A stretch of 40,540 nucleotides of DNA from Methanobacterium sp. (GCA_003166335.1 PMWA01000088.1:1-40540), one strand, 5' to 3'. Positions 22,670 through 33,530 are shown, counted from the first letter of the stretch. Notes: generated by a model not told the origin, from the sequence alone. Program-made: numbers and translations.

Positions 22670-23614
22670 ATGAAAATCTCTGTGATTATCCCCATGTACA
22701 ATGAAGAAGACAATGTTATACACACATTAACTGATGTTGAAAATGTCTTAAGTAAATATGAGGATTATGAAGTTATTGTAGTAGATGATGGTAGCTATGA
22801 TGATACTTCTAAATTAACAGAGAAATTTGAATCAAATAATTCTAACTTTCATGTTTTAAAGCACATCGTAAACATGGGGATGGGCCGAGCATTACGTACT
22901 GGATTTGAAAATGCAACTGGTGATATTGTGGTTACTATAGATGCGGATTTAAGTTATAGTGCAAGCCAGATTCCGAAACTTGCTGATGAACTTATAAATA
23001 ATGAAACAATTGACATTGTTGTGGGTTCACCATATATGGAAGGTGGAGAAGTTAATAATGTTCCTATAATAAGGTTAATTATAAGTAAAATTGCAAATAA
23101 ATTCGCTGGATTTGCAATGTCTGAAAACTTAAGCACCGTTACAGCAGTGTTACGCGCTTATAGAAAAGATGTTTTAGATTCCCTTGAATTAGAATCAAAC
23201 GGTACAGAAATCAACCTAGAGATTTTATCAAAAGCAAGTGCCACCAAGTACCGAATGAAAGAAGTTCCAGCAGTTTTGGAAGGTCGAAAATTGGGTAATT
23301 CTAAACTAAAATTCAGAGCCAAAACTATTTCACATTTATTGTTCTCTTTCTATGAAAAACCGATGATATTGTTTGGTTTCATTGGACTTATACTATGTAT
23401 AGCTGGATTAGTATCTGCGGTATACTTATTTTATCAATATATACTCGGCACTCTAGACCCTACCCGGCCTTTAATGATTTTCATGATTTTAACTATTCTT
23501 TCTGGAATACAAATACTTATTTTCGGATTTGTTGCCACCCAAATAAGTCTTCTTAAACGTGAAATATATATGATTCAAAAGGAAAATAAGCTGATACGAA
23601 AAAATATGAAATAA
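22670..23614 (+). CDS. GT2 glycosyltransferase, polyprenol-phosphate sugar synthase (DPM/GtrB)-like with two C-terminal TMs
   Basis: [29 protein letters not shown] and R..G.SK motifs; two C-terminal hydrophobic helices. Confidence 0.88.
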   Translation: MKISVIIPMYNEEDNVIHTLTDVENVLSKYEDYEVIVVDDGSYDDTSKLTEKFESNNSNFHVLKHIVNMGMGRALRTGFENATGDIVVTIDADLSYSASQIPKLADELINNETIDIVVGSPYMEGGEVNNVPIIRLIISKIANKFAGFAMSENLSTVTAVLRAYRKDVLDSLELESNGTEINLEILSKASATKYRMKEVPAVLEGRKLGNSKLKFRAKTISHLLFSFYEKPMILFGFIGLILCIAGLVSAVYLFYQYILGTLDPTRPLMIFMILTILSGIQILIFGFVATQISLLKREIYMIQKENKLIRKNMK

Positions 23615-23643
23615 ATAATTGATTTAATATCAATGTGATTTCT

Positions 23644-24666
23644 ATGCATAATTCAAGGGTTTCAATAATTATATTGAACTGGAACGGATGGAAAGACACC
23701 ATTGAATGCTTAGAATCCTTATATCAAATAAATTATTCTAATTTTGATGTCATTGTGGTTGATAACGATTCGCATGACGAATCATTAGAGAAAATAAGAA
23801 ACTATGCTTCAGGTAACATAAATATTAAATCAGAATTTTTTGAATACAATTATAGTAATAAACCCATAAAAATTCTAGAGTATACTAGAAACGAGTATGA
23901 AAACTCAAAAGGTGAAATAAATTTTTTTAAATTACCGTCAAAAAGATTATTTTTAATTAAAAACGATGCAAATTATGGTTTTGCGGAAGGAAACAATATT
24001 GGAATCAGATATGCATTTAATGATTTAAATCCAAACTATATATTACTATTGAATAATGATACTGTTGTGGATAAAGATTTTTTGGAAGAATTGGTTAATA
24101 TTGGAGAAAAAAATACGGATATAGGGATTATTGGGCCAAAAATTTATTATTACGATGAACAGAATACTATATGGTGTGTTGGGGGAAAAATAGACTGGAA
24201 ATTTGCTAGAGGCTTGCATGTAGGGATTAATGAAGTTGATAATGGTCAATACAATGAAATGAGAGAATTTGATTATGTAAGCGGATCAGCTCTCCTAATT
24301 AAAAGGGAGGTTGTAGATGGGATAGGTTTACTGGATAAGCAATTTTTTTTATACTTTGAAGAATCAGATTGGGCCTTAAGAGCATCTCAAAAAGAATATA
24401 GAAGTGTTTATGCTCCTGAAGCTAAAGTTTGGCATAAAGTATCAAAATCGGGTGGAGGCTTATCAAAAGAAACTGGTTTATATTATATTACACGAAACCG
24501 CTGGCTATTTAAGAAAAAATGGGCTAACAGTAAAGATTATTCATTTTTTGTGATATACCAAATTATTAGTGCTATTATAATTCCATCATTCTTAAGCATT
24601 TATTATCGAAATTGGAAGTTGTTTAGAGTATATTATTCCGGCTTAAAAGCAGGTATATTTATCTAA
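23644..24666 (+). CDS. GT2 family glycosyltransferase (rhamnosyltransferase-like subgroup)
   Basis: IIILNWNG, VVDNDS, GFAEGNNIG, LLNNDT, FFLYFEESD and VWHKVS motifs. Alternative GTG at 23635. Confidence 0.88.
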   Translation: MHNSRVSIIILNWNGWKDTIECLESLYQINYSNFDVIVVDNDSHDESLEKIRNYASGNINIKSEFFEYNYSNKPIKILEYTRNEYENSKGEINFFKLPSKRLFLIKNDANYGFAEGNNIGIRYAFNDLNPNYILLLNNDTVVDKDFLEELVNIGEKNTDIGIIGPKIYYYDEQNTIWCVGGKIDWKFARGLHVGINEVDNGQYNEMREFDYVSGSALLIKREVVDGIGLLDKQFFLYFEESDWALRASQKEYRSVYAPEAKVWHKVSKSGGGLSKETGLYYITRNRWLFKKKWANSKDYSFFVIYQIISAIIIPSFLSIYYRNWKLFRVYYSGLKAGIFI

Positions 24667-24689
24667 ATGAGTTAACAAATATTAAAATG

Positions 24690-25679
24690 TTAAACGTGTT
24701 TAACAAAGAATTTTAATAGCCTTTTATTCTGATATAATTTATCCGCACGTTCTTTGTTGAAAATACTTGAAAATAAATACGCTCCCAATCCTTTAAAATA
24801 ACTTCCTTCGGAGATTAAAATTTTGGAAAGATTCTTAGCTTTCTTATTGTTTCCATCTTTAACACATTCTACAATATTAGCAAGATATGTGGCGGTTCTT
24901 CGTCTTTTTACCAAAGAATATAATTCTGGGTATCTTGATAGGATGATGGAGTAAACGATCAAAGCATTTTCAAGACCTGATTCTTTCATATCCATACTTA
25001 ATGAGGCATTAGAACCGTGTAAATTATATAAACCCAAAACTTCATCCATAATCCCTATATCTCCTTTCATTACTAGTTCTACTGCAAAAAGAAATTCCGA
25101 CCAATACTTTAAACGGTTATCATAACCATTAACCGGCAGTTTTTCAGATCGGTACATAGCTGATGAAGGACATAATAAAGTAGATGGATCAAAAAATGAC
25201 TCAATCCCTATTCTCTCTGCCATCTTATTTTTAAAACTCATTACTTCACTAAACTTTCCCAACTTTTTCCCTTTTGAAGAGTCAAAAACATCCATATCAT
25301 GTGCACATCCCACTAAATCAGGATTAGCATCTAGAACGTTCACTTGTTTTTCAATCTTTTGTGGAAACATCTGATCATCCCCATCCATAAAGGAGATATA
25401 ATCAGCATCAGCATGTTTTAAAGCCCGATTCATATTATAAGTTATTCCTTTATTTTCTTTAGCTAAAACAGGCTCAATCACCGGATTATCTAATGCGTAT
25501 TGTTTAATTATATTCGAGGTTTCATCAGTTGAACCATCATCAGCAACAACAATTTTAGTTATATTATCATAAGATTGGTTCAGTACACTATCTAAAGTGT
25601 CTTTAATTAGAGTTTCCTGGTTATAAGTAACAATCACAACGTTTACCGAAGAATTAGACATTATTTTAACCTTGTTCAC
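24690..25679 (-). CDS. GT2 family glycosyltransferase
   Basis: VVIVTYNQE, ADDGSTD, NKGITYNMN and MDGDD...KIEKQ motifs. Confidence 0.87.
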   Translation of the reverse strand: MNKVKIMSNSSVNVVIVTYNQETLIKDTLDSVLNQSYDNITKIVVADDGSTDETSNIIKQYALDNPVIEPVLAKENKGITYNMNRALKHADADYISFMDGDDQMFPQKIEKQVNVLDANPDLVGCAHDMDVFDSSKGKKLGKFSEVMSFKNKMAERIGIESFFDPSTLLCPSSAMYRSEKLPVNGYDNRLKYWSEFLFAVELVMKGDIGIMDEVLGLYNLHGSNASLSMDMKESGLENALIVYSIILSRYPELYSLVKRRRTATYLANIVECVKDGNNKKAKNLSKILISEGSYFKGLGAYLFSSIFNKERADKLYQNKRLLKFFVKHV

Positions 25680-25696
25680 ATTTATAACTAGCTTTG

Positions 25697-26629
25697 TTAA
25701 ATCTTTATTGAATCAATTTTCTTTTTTGTGGAATAGATCGCCATGGCATAGGATCTACCCGATTTGGCAAGTATTACACTCATCAAACTAGCAAACGGGT
25801 ATGAAAAACCTAACCCTAATAAAGGATTTATTTTTCGTTCTTCAAAAATTAATCTTAAACTTGATAATGTGACAGTAGGGTTATTATCAAATTTGATTTC
25901 TAAAACTTGAAATCCTGTTTTATTTAATAATGATTTAATAGTGTTTGGAGTGAAGTGATAAAGGTGTCGTGGTAGATCCCAAGCTGACCAGTATTTTTTA
26001 AATATTTTAGCCTCAAAACTATTAGCATTTGGAATACCAATGACTAATGTACCATTATTTTTTAATATGCGGTTAATTTCATTTAAAGTTGTTTTAGGAT
26101 CAAAAAGATGTTCTAAAACATTATTTAAAATAATTACATCAAAAAAATCATTCTCAAATTTAGCTTCCTCAACTGTTCCTGTAAAAACATTCAAACCATA
26201 ATGCTATCTAACAAAGTTAGCTGCTAAATCATTAATTTCAACACCATATGTTATCCAACCATTTTCTTTATGCTTAAATAATTGTTTTCCATCTCCACAA
26301 CCAATGTCTAAAAGCTTAGCGTCGGGTTCAGAGGGAATATCCATTTTGGTAGAAATTTTATTTATAAATTGATGAGCTAAGTGTTTTAATTTCGATTCAT
26401 TGTCTCCATAATCCTCATTAATTTCCCAATACTCATCGGGATAATAATTAGAAATTATAGATTGGTTAGGACGCGGATTGGTATACATTAATCCACAGTT
26501 CTCACATTTAACAACTGTGAAGAATCCTTCTCTTTTATATACCAAATCTTTTCCACTGAAAAGTTTATTTAAAGAATTTGAACCACATAAATTACATTTA
26601 ACATCTTCCCAATTCTCTATTTGGTCCAA
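25697..26629 (-). pseudogene. Class I SAM-dependent methyltransferase with N-terminal CxxC/CxxC, interrupted by one in-frame TAG (26206-26204)
   Basis: The two ORF-track pieces share one frame: AANFVR-TAG-HYGLNVFTG. Motifs CNLCG, CENCGL, LDIGCGDG, VLEHL, PRHLYHF. Confidence 0.85.
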
Positions 26630-26745
26630 ATTATATCCCCTTCAAATTATTTTCAATTAATATCAAAAAATTACATATCATTTGCAATGGTAGATTTCTG
26701 GAAAAACATTAAAGGTTTATTTTTTAATTGATTCCAAGTATTTGT

Positions 26746-28191
26746 TTAATTATATTTAATCATTTTTTTTAAAAAATTAATTTCATCTTGATTAATTCCT
26801 TTCAAAAGCAGTATGAAAAATAAGTAAACTATAACAGATACTACAATTGCAATTGCGACTTCAGACAGTCCTTGAGGATTAATTAAAATTATAACAACCG
26901 ACATTAAAATCGATGCTATAATGCTTTTTATTGCAAATAAATAATCAAATTCAATTTTGAAATATTTAAGAGTATAATACAAACCCAAAATAAATGAAAT
27001 AAAATATGAAACTAAAGTAACTAATGCTGCTCCTATAATTCCAAGATATGGGATGAAGATTATATTTAAAAGACTTGAAAATGCAGCGACAGTTAATATA
27101 CCCCCAACAATTTTAGTTTTCTTATTCAATAATAGGTAATTAGTGATTATTCCGTATGTACCAATTAAAAGCGAGCTGAATGCTACAAATGGAGTGACTA
27201 AATATCCATATGAAGCAATCTCTGGTGTTGATATTATCATCAATAAAGGCTTTGACAATAGAGTTAATGCAAATACTGATGGTATTGCCACTATAAGAAA
27301 ATATTTCAAAGAATATTTAATAAATGCATTTACTTCTTCTAATCTTCCATTGTCATAGTATTTCGGAAGTACCGAAGGCAAAAGAATAGAAAACGGTGTA
27401 TAAAAAATTAAAATGGCTGCTCCTAAAATATATCCTGGTGAATAATAACCGACAAATGCCGCACCCAGAAGGAAGGCGATAAAATAACGATCACTGGAAT
27501 CAATAATCCAATAAGACAGATTAACGGAAACTGTTGGTAATCCAAAATTTAGATAACCTTTTATGTTACTAAACTTAGGTATTTTAAAGCCTATTTGTGA
27601 AAAGATTATTGGGAATACTCCCAAAGCAATTAATATTTGTGCTATTAAAAATCCGCTTACAATGATTGCTATTCCTTTACCGCTTAATGTGAAATAAGTT
27701 ACCAGACCAAGAGCGAGATAAGTTTGGGTCACTAAAATTATGGAATAAATTCTCATTCGTCCAATTGCTCGGAAATAATCTATAAAAAAGAGATTTAAAG
27801 AACCAACAAAGATTATAAGGCTGGTTATTATTACAACATCCACATTACCTGCAAAAAGGCCATTTGAAATAATTTTAGAGAAAAAAATTAATATTAAGGA
27901 AATCATTAAGCTTGCAACTAAAATTAAAGTTAGAAAGGAATAAAAAATTTCTTGAATTTTATTCTTATCTTTTTCGGCTGCTGAAAATCTAACCATCGTG
28001 TAAGGTAATCCTAAAGTCGCAAACCCGGTTACTAAATAATAAGTGACGTTAACCTGAACCCATAAACCATAATCAATAACTGGGAGATTTTTCGTTAAAA
28101 TCGGGATCAATATTATGGAATTTAAAACAACAAGAATATTGGCAAAGCCCACTAATCCTATCCTCTTAACAAAAAGGTCGTAGCCTTCCAC
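26746..28191 (-). CDS. Wzx/MOP-family oligosaccharide flippase
   Basis: About 14 hydrophobic segments; LIPILTKNL...YG, LGLP, SDRYFI...VGYYS and YLGIIGAAL motifs. Confidence 0.88.
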   Translation of the reverse strand: MEGYDLFVKRIGLVGFANILVVLNSIILIPILTKNLPVIDYGLWVQVNVTYYLVTGFATLGLPYTMVRFSAAEKDKNKIQEIFYSFLTLILVASLMISLILIFFSKIISNGLFAGNVDVVIITSLIIFVGSLNLFFIDYFRAIGRMRIYSIILVTQTYLALGLVTYFTLSGKGIAIIVSGFLIAQILIALGVFPIIFSQIGFKIPKFSNIKGYLNFGLPTVSVNLSYWIIDSSDRYFIAFLLGAAFVGYYSPGYILGAAILIFYTPFSILLPSVLPKYYDNGRLEEVNAFIKYSLKYFLIVAIPSVFALTLLSKPLLMIISTPEIASYGYLVTPFVAFSSLLIGTYGIITNYLLLNKKTKIVGGILTVAAFSSLLNIIFIPYLGIIGAALVTLVSYFISFILGLYYTLKYFKIEFDYLFAIKSIIASILMSVVIILINPQGLSEVAIAIVVSVIVYLFFILLLKGINQDEINFLKKMIKYN

Positions 28192-28313
28192 TTAACCACA
28201 TCAAATATTAACTATAGTATTAAGGGAATCTCAAATATTAGAATAAAGTTATAGACATTTCCTAAAATTTAATCGTAAGTCTTTCTATATAATATATATT
28301 ATTTTTTTTGTAT

Positions 28314-28505
28314 CTACATCAAATCTTTAGTTTTCAACCAATCTATACCTTCTTTATCAATTGTTCCATTACACGCAGGGCATCGTTTTATATTGCAAAC
28401 AACGTCCTTTGATTTTCGTTTAGTTAATCCTATAATGTTTTTATATTTGAATACTTCTATGATTCCGCCACCGCATTTACATGGATGTTCTTCTCTGTTT
28501 AACAG
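28314..28505 (-). CDS. Small zinc-ribbon protein (63 aa) with an apparent CTG start; absent from the ORF track
   Basis: LLNREEHPCKCGGGIIEVFKYKNIIGLTKRKSKDVVCNIKRCPACNGTIDKEGIDWLKTKDLM*; CxC...CxxC; GGTGA 7 nt before CTG; no in-frame ATG upstream before a stop. Confidence 0.55.
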   Translation of the reverse strand: MLNREEHPCKCGGGIIEVFKYKNIIGLTKRKSKDVVCNIKRCPACNGTIDKEGIDWLKTKDLM

Positions 28506-28576
28506 ATTATTTTCACCAATTTTACAATTAATTGATATAGAATAATTTTTTAAAATAAAAAACCATCACTATTATT

Positions 28577-28855
28577 TTAATCTTCATTTTTATAGTCACT
28601 GTAAACTCCTAGTAGACAGGTTAAAATTGCATTAACATCTGAAAAACTATCATTAGTTATATGGGAAAATTTATCATTAGACAACAACTCCTGCAGAATA
28701 ACAGAAAACTCAGTATATCTAGGACAAAGTCCTTTAATAAGCTTATCACTTCTTGTTACCCATGATTTCACTTTAATAAAGTCTTCACCTGTTAGGAAGT
28801 CACCCATAGGTAATTCCTGAATTAATTTAAGAATTTCATATCCTTCTCCTATCAA
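28577..28855 (-). CDS. Hypothetical helical protein, possibly a truncated remnant
   Basis: Protein-like 92-aa ORF with a weak TTG start; the frame stays open upstream (NYESFDNLIGEG). Confidence 0.4.
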   Translation of the reverse strand: MIGEGYEILKLIQELPMGDFLTGEDFIKVKSWVTRSDKLIKGLCPRYTEFSVILQELLSNDKFSHITNDSFSDVNAILTCLLGVYSDYKNED

Positions 28856-29063
28856 ATTGTCAAAACTTTCATAGTTAAATTTTAAATTTATTTGTAAAAA
28901 ATAATTTTAATTTTTAGTAACCCTAAAAACATTGATTTTTTATTGGAAATCCATAAGATATCAACTTATTTATATAAATCTGAATTTATTATCCCCGAGA
29001 TTTTTTTTATAGTATTAATTATCGGTGAAAGGTATTATCTTCTAAAATAATTATATTAGAAAA

Positions 29064-30788
29064 TCATATTTTTTTGTATATTATCAGGTTTCCAAATTGT
29101 TTTATTTGTTTATATGAGGTTAAATTGATTTGTTGAATGCAGAAATAGTAATCTGCATTATTTTGTACCAAATAATTGTTGAATGCTATGCTATCTTGTG
29201 CACTGAAAGTAGTATTTACTGACCCGCCAGCGTATGTCTGGTTATTCTTAAATATTGGCATCATTTTTACATTGGTTTTTAGAGACCATGCGAAATAAGG
29301 CCATAAATCGGAGTAAATTATCTTATTTTTATAATTTGGGTCATATGTTGTAAACCATTCACTTGCCAAAGTTACTTGTTCGTTAGAAAATTTGTAATTA
29401 TTAGATTCATTCTTAATGACTGGTAAAAAAGCCGCTGTTGATGCTAACATTATAAAAGTAAGAATTACGGCAAGTATTGGAAAAGTTATATTCTTCTTTT
29501 TAAATTTAAATGGTAATTTATTTGAAATTTCCCTTAATCCTAATATTAAAAAGTATGAAACAGGAGGGGCCATTAAAACGAAGTATCTATCAGTTTTGAT
29601 AATAAATATGCTGCTGAATATGAAAAACACCATATACCAAGCAAAAACCAGAATATACATGTCCATAAATTTGATATTGAAATATTTTGTAATATCGTAA
29701 AACAAGAAAATCAAAACAAAAAAGATAGCTTCAGTGATCATGTAATTCACTTGGCCAAATGTTCCAACAAAAGTCAATATTAGAGCTAAAAATAATATTA
29801 ATTTTAATTTTGAACTCGTCTTTTTAACATTCCACCCCCTAATCAATTTTTTTTTATCAATAGATTCTCGTTTTAATTTAATAAATAGATAGATTAAAAA
29901 CCCTAATAGGATGATAAATAAAATTGAAATACTTTCGAATCCTGTGTGTATGGGAAATCTTTCTATGAAATATAGGAGATTTGGATTGTAATAGTATTCT
30001 AATGATGGAGAAGATGAAGTTATGGTTGTGCTTAACGTTGCTATGAAAGGATATAGTATGTTGCCGAATTTTTCGTAGAAAAATGTTAAAACGGGTATGA
30101 GTATAAGTAGAGATGCAAATATTCCTATTAATATATTCTTGAAGTTTTTAATTTCGTCTTTATTTATCAGAATATATAGAATTATTGGGAATATGATTAG
30201 AGCTGTATTGTATCTAGTTAAAAATGCCATCATTACTAATGGAAAAACTAAAATAAAGAATTTTGAATCTTTCTTAACTGCTAAAATCAGGAAATATAAT
30301 GCCCAAATAGTGAAGGTAACGCTTGTTAGATCTGAAAAGCCTACACTAAGAAATGTTAGGACTGTTGGAAAAGTTGCAAAAAGTAAACCTCCCAGAAAGC
30401 TTTCAATATTATTAAAACGCAGCTTTAGAAATAAAAAGAATCCAATTACTCCGAATATGAATGTTAATCCATCGACAATGAAAATTGTTGCTGTTGAAAC
30501 GAATCCTAATCTAGAGAAAATTGAAATAATGAATGGAAAAAGTGGTGGTCTAGTCCAATCATAATAGCCCACTCCTTGGCCTGCGAATACTAGAGCATTT
30601 AAAAGAAAGTCACATGAATCTGACAGAGGACCCACTTCTATTTGAATCAAAACTCTGTAATATGTTATTATGCTTACAATTATAATTAATATAATCAGTG
30701 GGATGTAAGGAATAAAATACTTAAATGAAAAATGCTTTTTCTTGGGTTTTTTATTTGATTTTATGGGATGATTCAAAACTAACACCAA
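29064..30788 (-). CDS. GT39/PMT_2-type (GT-C) membrane glycosyltransferase
   Basis: D..DFLLNAL.FAG, RPPLFP, SDL, FLTRY and DRY motifs; many TMs. Confidence 0.85.
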   Translation of the reverse strand: MVLVLNHPIKSNKKPKKKHFSFKYFIPYIPLIILIIIVSIITYYRVLIQIEVGPLSDSCDFLLNALVFAGQGVGYYDWTRPPLFPFIISIFSRLGFVSTATIFIVDGLTFIFGVIGFFLFLKLRFNNIESFLGGLLFATFPTVLTFLSVGFSDLTSVTFTIWALYFLILAVKKDSKFFILVFPLVMMAFLTRYNTALIIFPIILYILINKDEIKNFKNILIGIFASLLILIPVLTFFYEKFGNILYPFIATLSTTITSSSPSLEYYYNPNLLYFIERFPIHTGFESISILFIILLGFLIYLFIKLKRESIDKKKLIRGWNVKKTSSKLKLILFLALILTFVGTFGQVNYMITEAIFFVLIFLFYDITKYFNIKFMDMYILVFAWYMVFFIFSSIFIIKTDRYFVLMAPPVSYFLILGLREISNKLPFKFKKKNITFPILAVILTFIMLASTAAFLPVIKNESNNYKFSNEQVTLASEWFTTYDPNYKNKIIYSDLWPYFAWSLKTNVKMMPIFKNNQTYAGGSVNTTFSAQDSIAFNNYLVQNNADYYFCIQQINLTSYKQIKQFGNLIIYKKI

Positions 30789-30807
30789 CTACGGGGATAC
30801 TTCAAAT

Positions 30808-32466
30808 TTAAACTAATCTTTTATATATAATAACTTTCCCAAACTGTTTAATTGGTATGTATGAACTTAAATTTAACCCGTTTGTGATGGAGAAATAGTA
30901 TTCCGCATTATTATTTACTAGGAAATTATTAACTGCTTCACTATCGGGTTTATAATTATCTAAGCCTATGTATGTTTGATTATTTTGGAATTCCGGCATG
31001 ATTTGTACATTTGTTTGTAAATCCCATCCAGAATTGGCCCATAAATCTGAGTATATTACTTCCGATTTATAATTGGGATCATAATTAATTAACCAATGAC
31101 TAGCCGCGGCCATGTCAATATTAAACTCATTGTTTCCCTGATTCACAGTTAATATGGTTGGTAAGTAAAATGTAGTGGATATTATAATTATTATAATTAG
31201 TAGTGGAGCTAAATAGAATGTTAATTTTCGTTGTTTGATTAATCCTATTTGATTTTCAATTAATACTAGTCCTCGTATGAGTAAATATGAAAATGCCGGC
31301 ATTATTTGCAGGAAATATCTAACATCTTTAATGGAATATACACTATTGAAGATTAAGAAAGTCGCAAACCAGGATATGAATAATAAATCTAGATCGTAAT
31401 CTGGATTAATTTTTAATAATTTTGATGAACCTAGGCATAAAATAAAGAATAATATTTCACTTAGAATGTATGATACTTTACCTAAACTTAATATGAAAAT
31501 GGCAGCTGTAATTAAAATTAATATAAGTTTCCATTTATACTTTATTTTTAGAGGCTTTGTTATATTAGGTAAGCTTTTTTTCCCTTGTACTAGTTTTATC
31601 CAGCTTAGTGTTAATCCTCCGGCTATTACTAGAATAATTGTTAATGCAGCATTTCCCATGGCAAATGGTAATAGCTTGATATAGAAAAATAAATCGGTAT
31701 TGTAGTCCATATTTTGAGTACTAACAGTTCCTGAGGTGGTGCCATAGAAGTTAGTGAATGGGTAGAGGGGATTCCCATATTTGAATGTGAAGAATATTAA
31801 GAATGGGATGAGTATTAAAAGTGATAATATTGTCCCGATTATTATGTTTTTATGTTTTTTAATGTTTGGCCAGTCCACGAAAATAATTAAGAACATGGGG
31901 AATATAATGAGTGCTTGATTGTATCTAGTTAAAAATGAGATCATTGCCAGAGGAAATGAAAGTAAAAAGTATTTTGAATCTTTTTTTACCGCTAAAAATG
32001 TGAAGTATAATGCCCATATTGAAATGGAAACACTGGGAAGATCCGCAATTCCAGCGCCAACATAAGTTAATATAATGGGGAAGGTAAAGTATAATAAACT
32101 GCCTATAAAGCTATTTAAAGCGTTGAATCGTAATTTTAAGAAAAAATATAAACCAATAACACCTAATACGTCAATTATCGCATCTAAATAGAATATGGGA
32201 TTTATGGATAATCCTTCAAACCTGAAAATAATGGAAGTTAAAAATGATAAAAATGGAGGTCTGAGAGCTGAGTAGCCGATATTTTTACCGGCAAATAATG
32301 CAGCATTCGCCAGTAAATCATATGTATCATACATAGGACCAATATCCAGCTGGATCTTCAATCTGAAATAAGCGATAATTATCAAAAATATAATCAATAA
32401 AATGAATAATACTGACTCTTTAAAGTTATTTTTGATCGTATGCATTATTTTATTAAAATCATTCAT
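30808..32466 (-). CDS. GT39/PMT_2-type (GT-C) membrane glycosyltransferase; tandem paralog of 29064-30788
   Basis: DTYDLLANAALFAG, RPPFLS, ADLPS, FLTRY; shares the YDPNYK..IYSDLW and KQFG..IIYK C-terminus. Confidence 0.85.
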   Translation of the reverse strand: MNDFNKIMHTIKNNFKESVLFILLIIFLIIIAYFRLKIQLDIGPMYDTYDLLANAALFAGKNIGYSALRPPFLSFLTSIIFRFEGLSINPIFYLDAIIDVLGVIGLYFFLKLRFNALNSFIGSLLYFTFPIILTYVGAGIADLPSVSISIWALYFTFLAVKKDSKYFLLSFPLAMISFLTRYNQALIIFPMFLIIFVDWPNIKKHKNIIIGTILSLLILIPFLIFFTFKYGNPLYPFTNFYGTTSGTVSTQNMDYNTDLFFYIKLLPFAMGNAALTIILVIAGGLTLSWIKLVQGKKSLPNITKPLKIKYKWKLILILITAAIFILSLGKVSYILSEILFFILCLGSSKLLKINPDYDLDLLFISWFATFLIFNSVYSIKDVRYFLQIMPAFSYLLIRGLVLIENQIGLIKQRKLTFYLAPLLIIIIIISTTFYLPTILTVNQGNNEFNIDMAAASHWLINYDPNYKSEVIYSDLWANSGWDLQTNVQIMPEFQNNQTYIGLDNYKPDSEAVNNFLVNNNAEYYFSITNGLNLSSYIPIKQFGKVIIYKRLV

Positions 32467-32611
32467 TTAATCACATTATACACTACATAAATTCAATTAA
32501 CCAAATAACATTTACAAAAAACCCTTTCTAACTTAATATATAATTAGATTATCCAATGAGGATATTAATGTTTTTAAAATAATTGGTACTTACTCATTGT
32601 TTAAATATAAT

Positions 32612-33337
32612 TTATTGGAATTCAATTTCTGTTTCTATTAAATCCTTTTTCATTTGTATAATGGGGTTAGATATGACTTTATTTTTTCCCTCTTCCTTTA
32701 ATTTTAGCGAATTTTTAAACAATGTTGAAATTTTAAATTTAACAGGTATCGGATATTCAAAAGATCTTATAAGAATATTTCTACCTAGCTCAATTTGTAA
32801 ATTAAAAATAAACCAGTCTTTTGAAGGTGGATGATCATCTTCAAAAACACATTTTAAAGCAAACGAAAGAGCAAATAAAGATGATCTCATAATATTTACA
32901 ATATTCAATTTTTCATCGGTGGATAATGAATAATTTAGAGACATTTCAATTTGATCTACTAAATTTAACGTTATAGTACTTTTTAAATAGTCACTAGTTT
33001 TTAAAATCACTTCCTCATAATATAATATTAGAAAAGGATCACTAATTGAATTTAAAATTTTTAATATTTTATAAATAGTTTCCATGTTCCTATTTAAACT
33101 TACAATTTTAGCATGAGCTCCTTTTTTACCTGATTTTTCAGATCTTCTTGAAATAATCTTATCTTTGAACTCCATTTTCGATAACAAATCTGATACCGTT
33201 CCAGGATTGATTTCTTTTTTTTCTATTTTAATTTGAATTTCATTTAAAATCCTTATTAACGATTGTTGTGTGTGGTCTCTTTCATTTAATAGACTGCCTA
33301 TTATAACAAGTTTTCTAGCGTCTTCCATTTTTGACAT
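32612..33337 (-). CDS. Putative winged-helix transcriptional regulator divergent from terS
   Basis: TQQSLIRIL...INPGTVSDLLSKME..KII...GKKGAHAKIVSL wHTH pattern; GGAGG RBS. Confidence 0.6.
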   Translation of the reverse strand: MSKMEDARKLVIIGSLLNERDHTQQSLIRILNEIQIKIEKKEINPGTVSDLLSKMEFKDKIISRRSEKSGKKGAHAKIVSLNRNMETIYKILKILNSISDPFLILYYEEVILKTSDYLKSTITLNLVDQIEMSLNYSLSTDEKLNIVNIMRSSLFALSFALKCVFEDDHPPSKDWFIFNLQIELGRNILIRSFEYPIPVKFKISTLFKNSLKLKEEGKNKVISNPIIQMKKDLIETEIEFQ

Positions 33338-33400
33338 TAAAATCCTCCATCCTGTATTCCTATAGAGTTTCTTTTATATATAGTTTGATAATATCTAATA

Positions 33401-33530
33401 ATTAGAATTAATATAATAAATTCTAATAACTATTAAAAATGACATAAAACACTAATTAAAAGTTTTTTAGAGCAATGAAATTCAAATAAATTTATATATA
33501 AGAATATTCTTATTATAATCAAGTGATTAT
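33401..33530. promoter_or_regulatory. Putative operators and TATA box in the regulator/terS divergent interval
   Basis: ATTAGAATT-N9-AATTCTAAT (33401-33427); TTTATATATA (33491-33500) overlapped by the palindrome ATAAGAATATTCTTAT (33498-33513); ATAATCA-AG-TGATTAT (33515-33530). Confidence 0.45.

Noticed and set aside
26204..26206. Genome-wide TAG recoding to pyrrolysine
   Set aside because: amt and pilin 1 end in TAG at their expected C-termini (the pilin 1 paralog ends at the same position with TAA), and no pyl genes are in the window.
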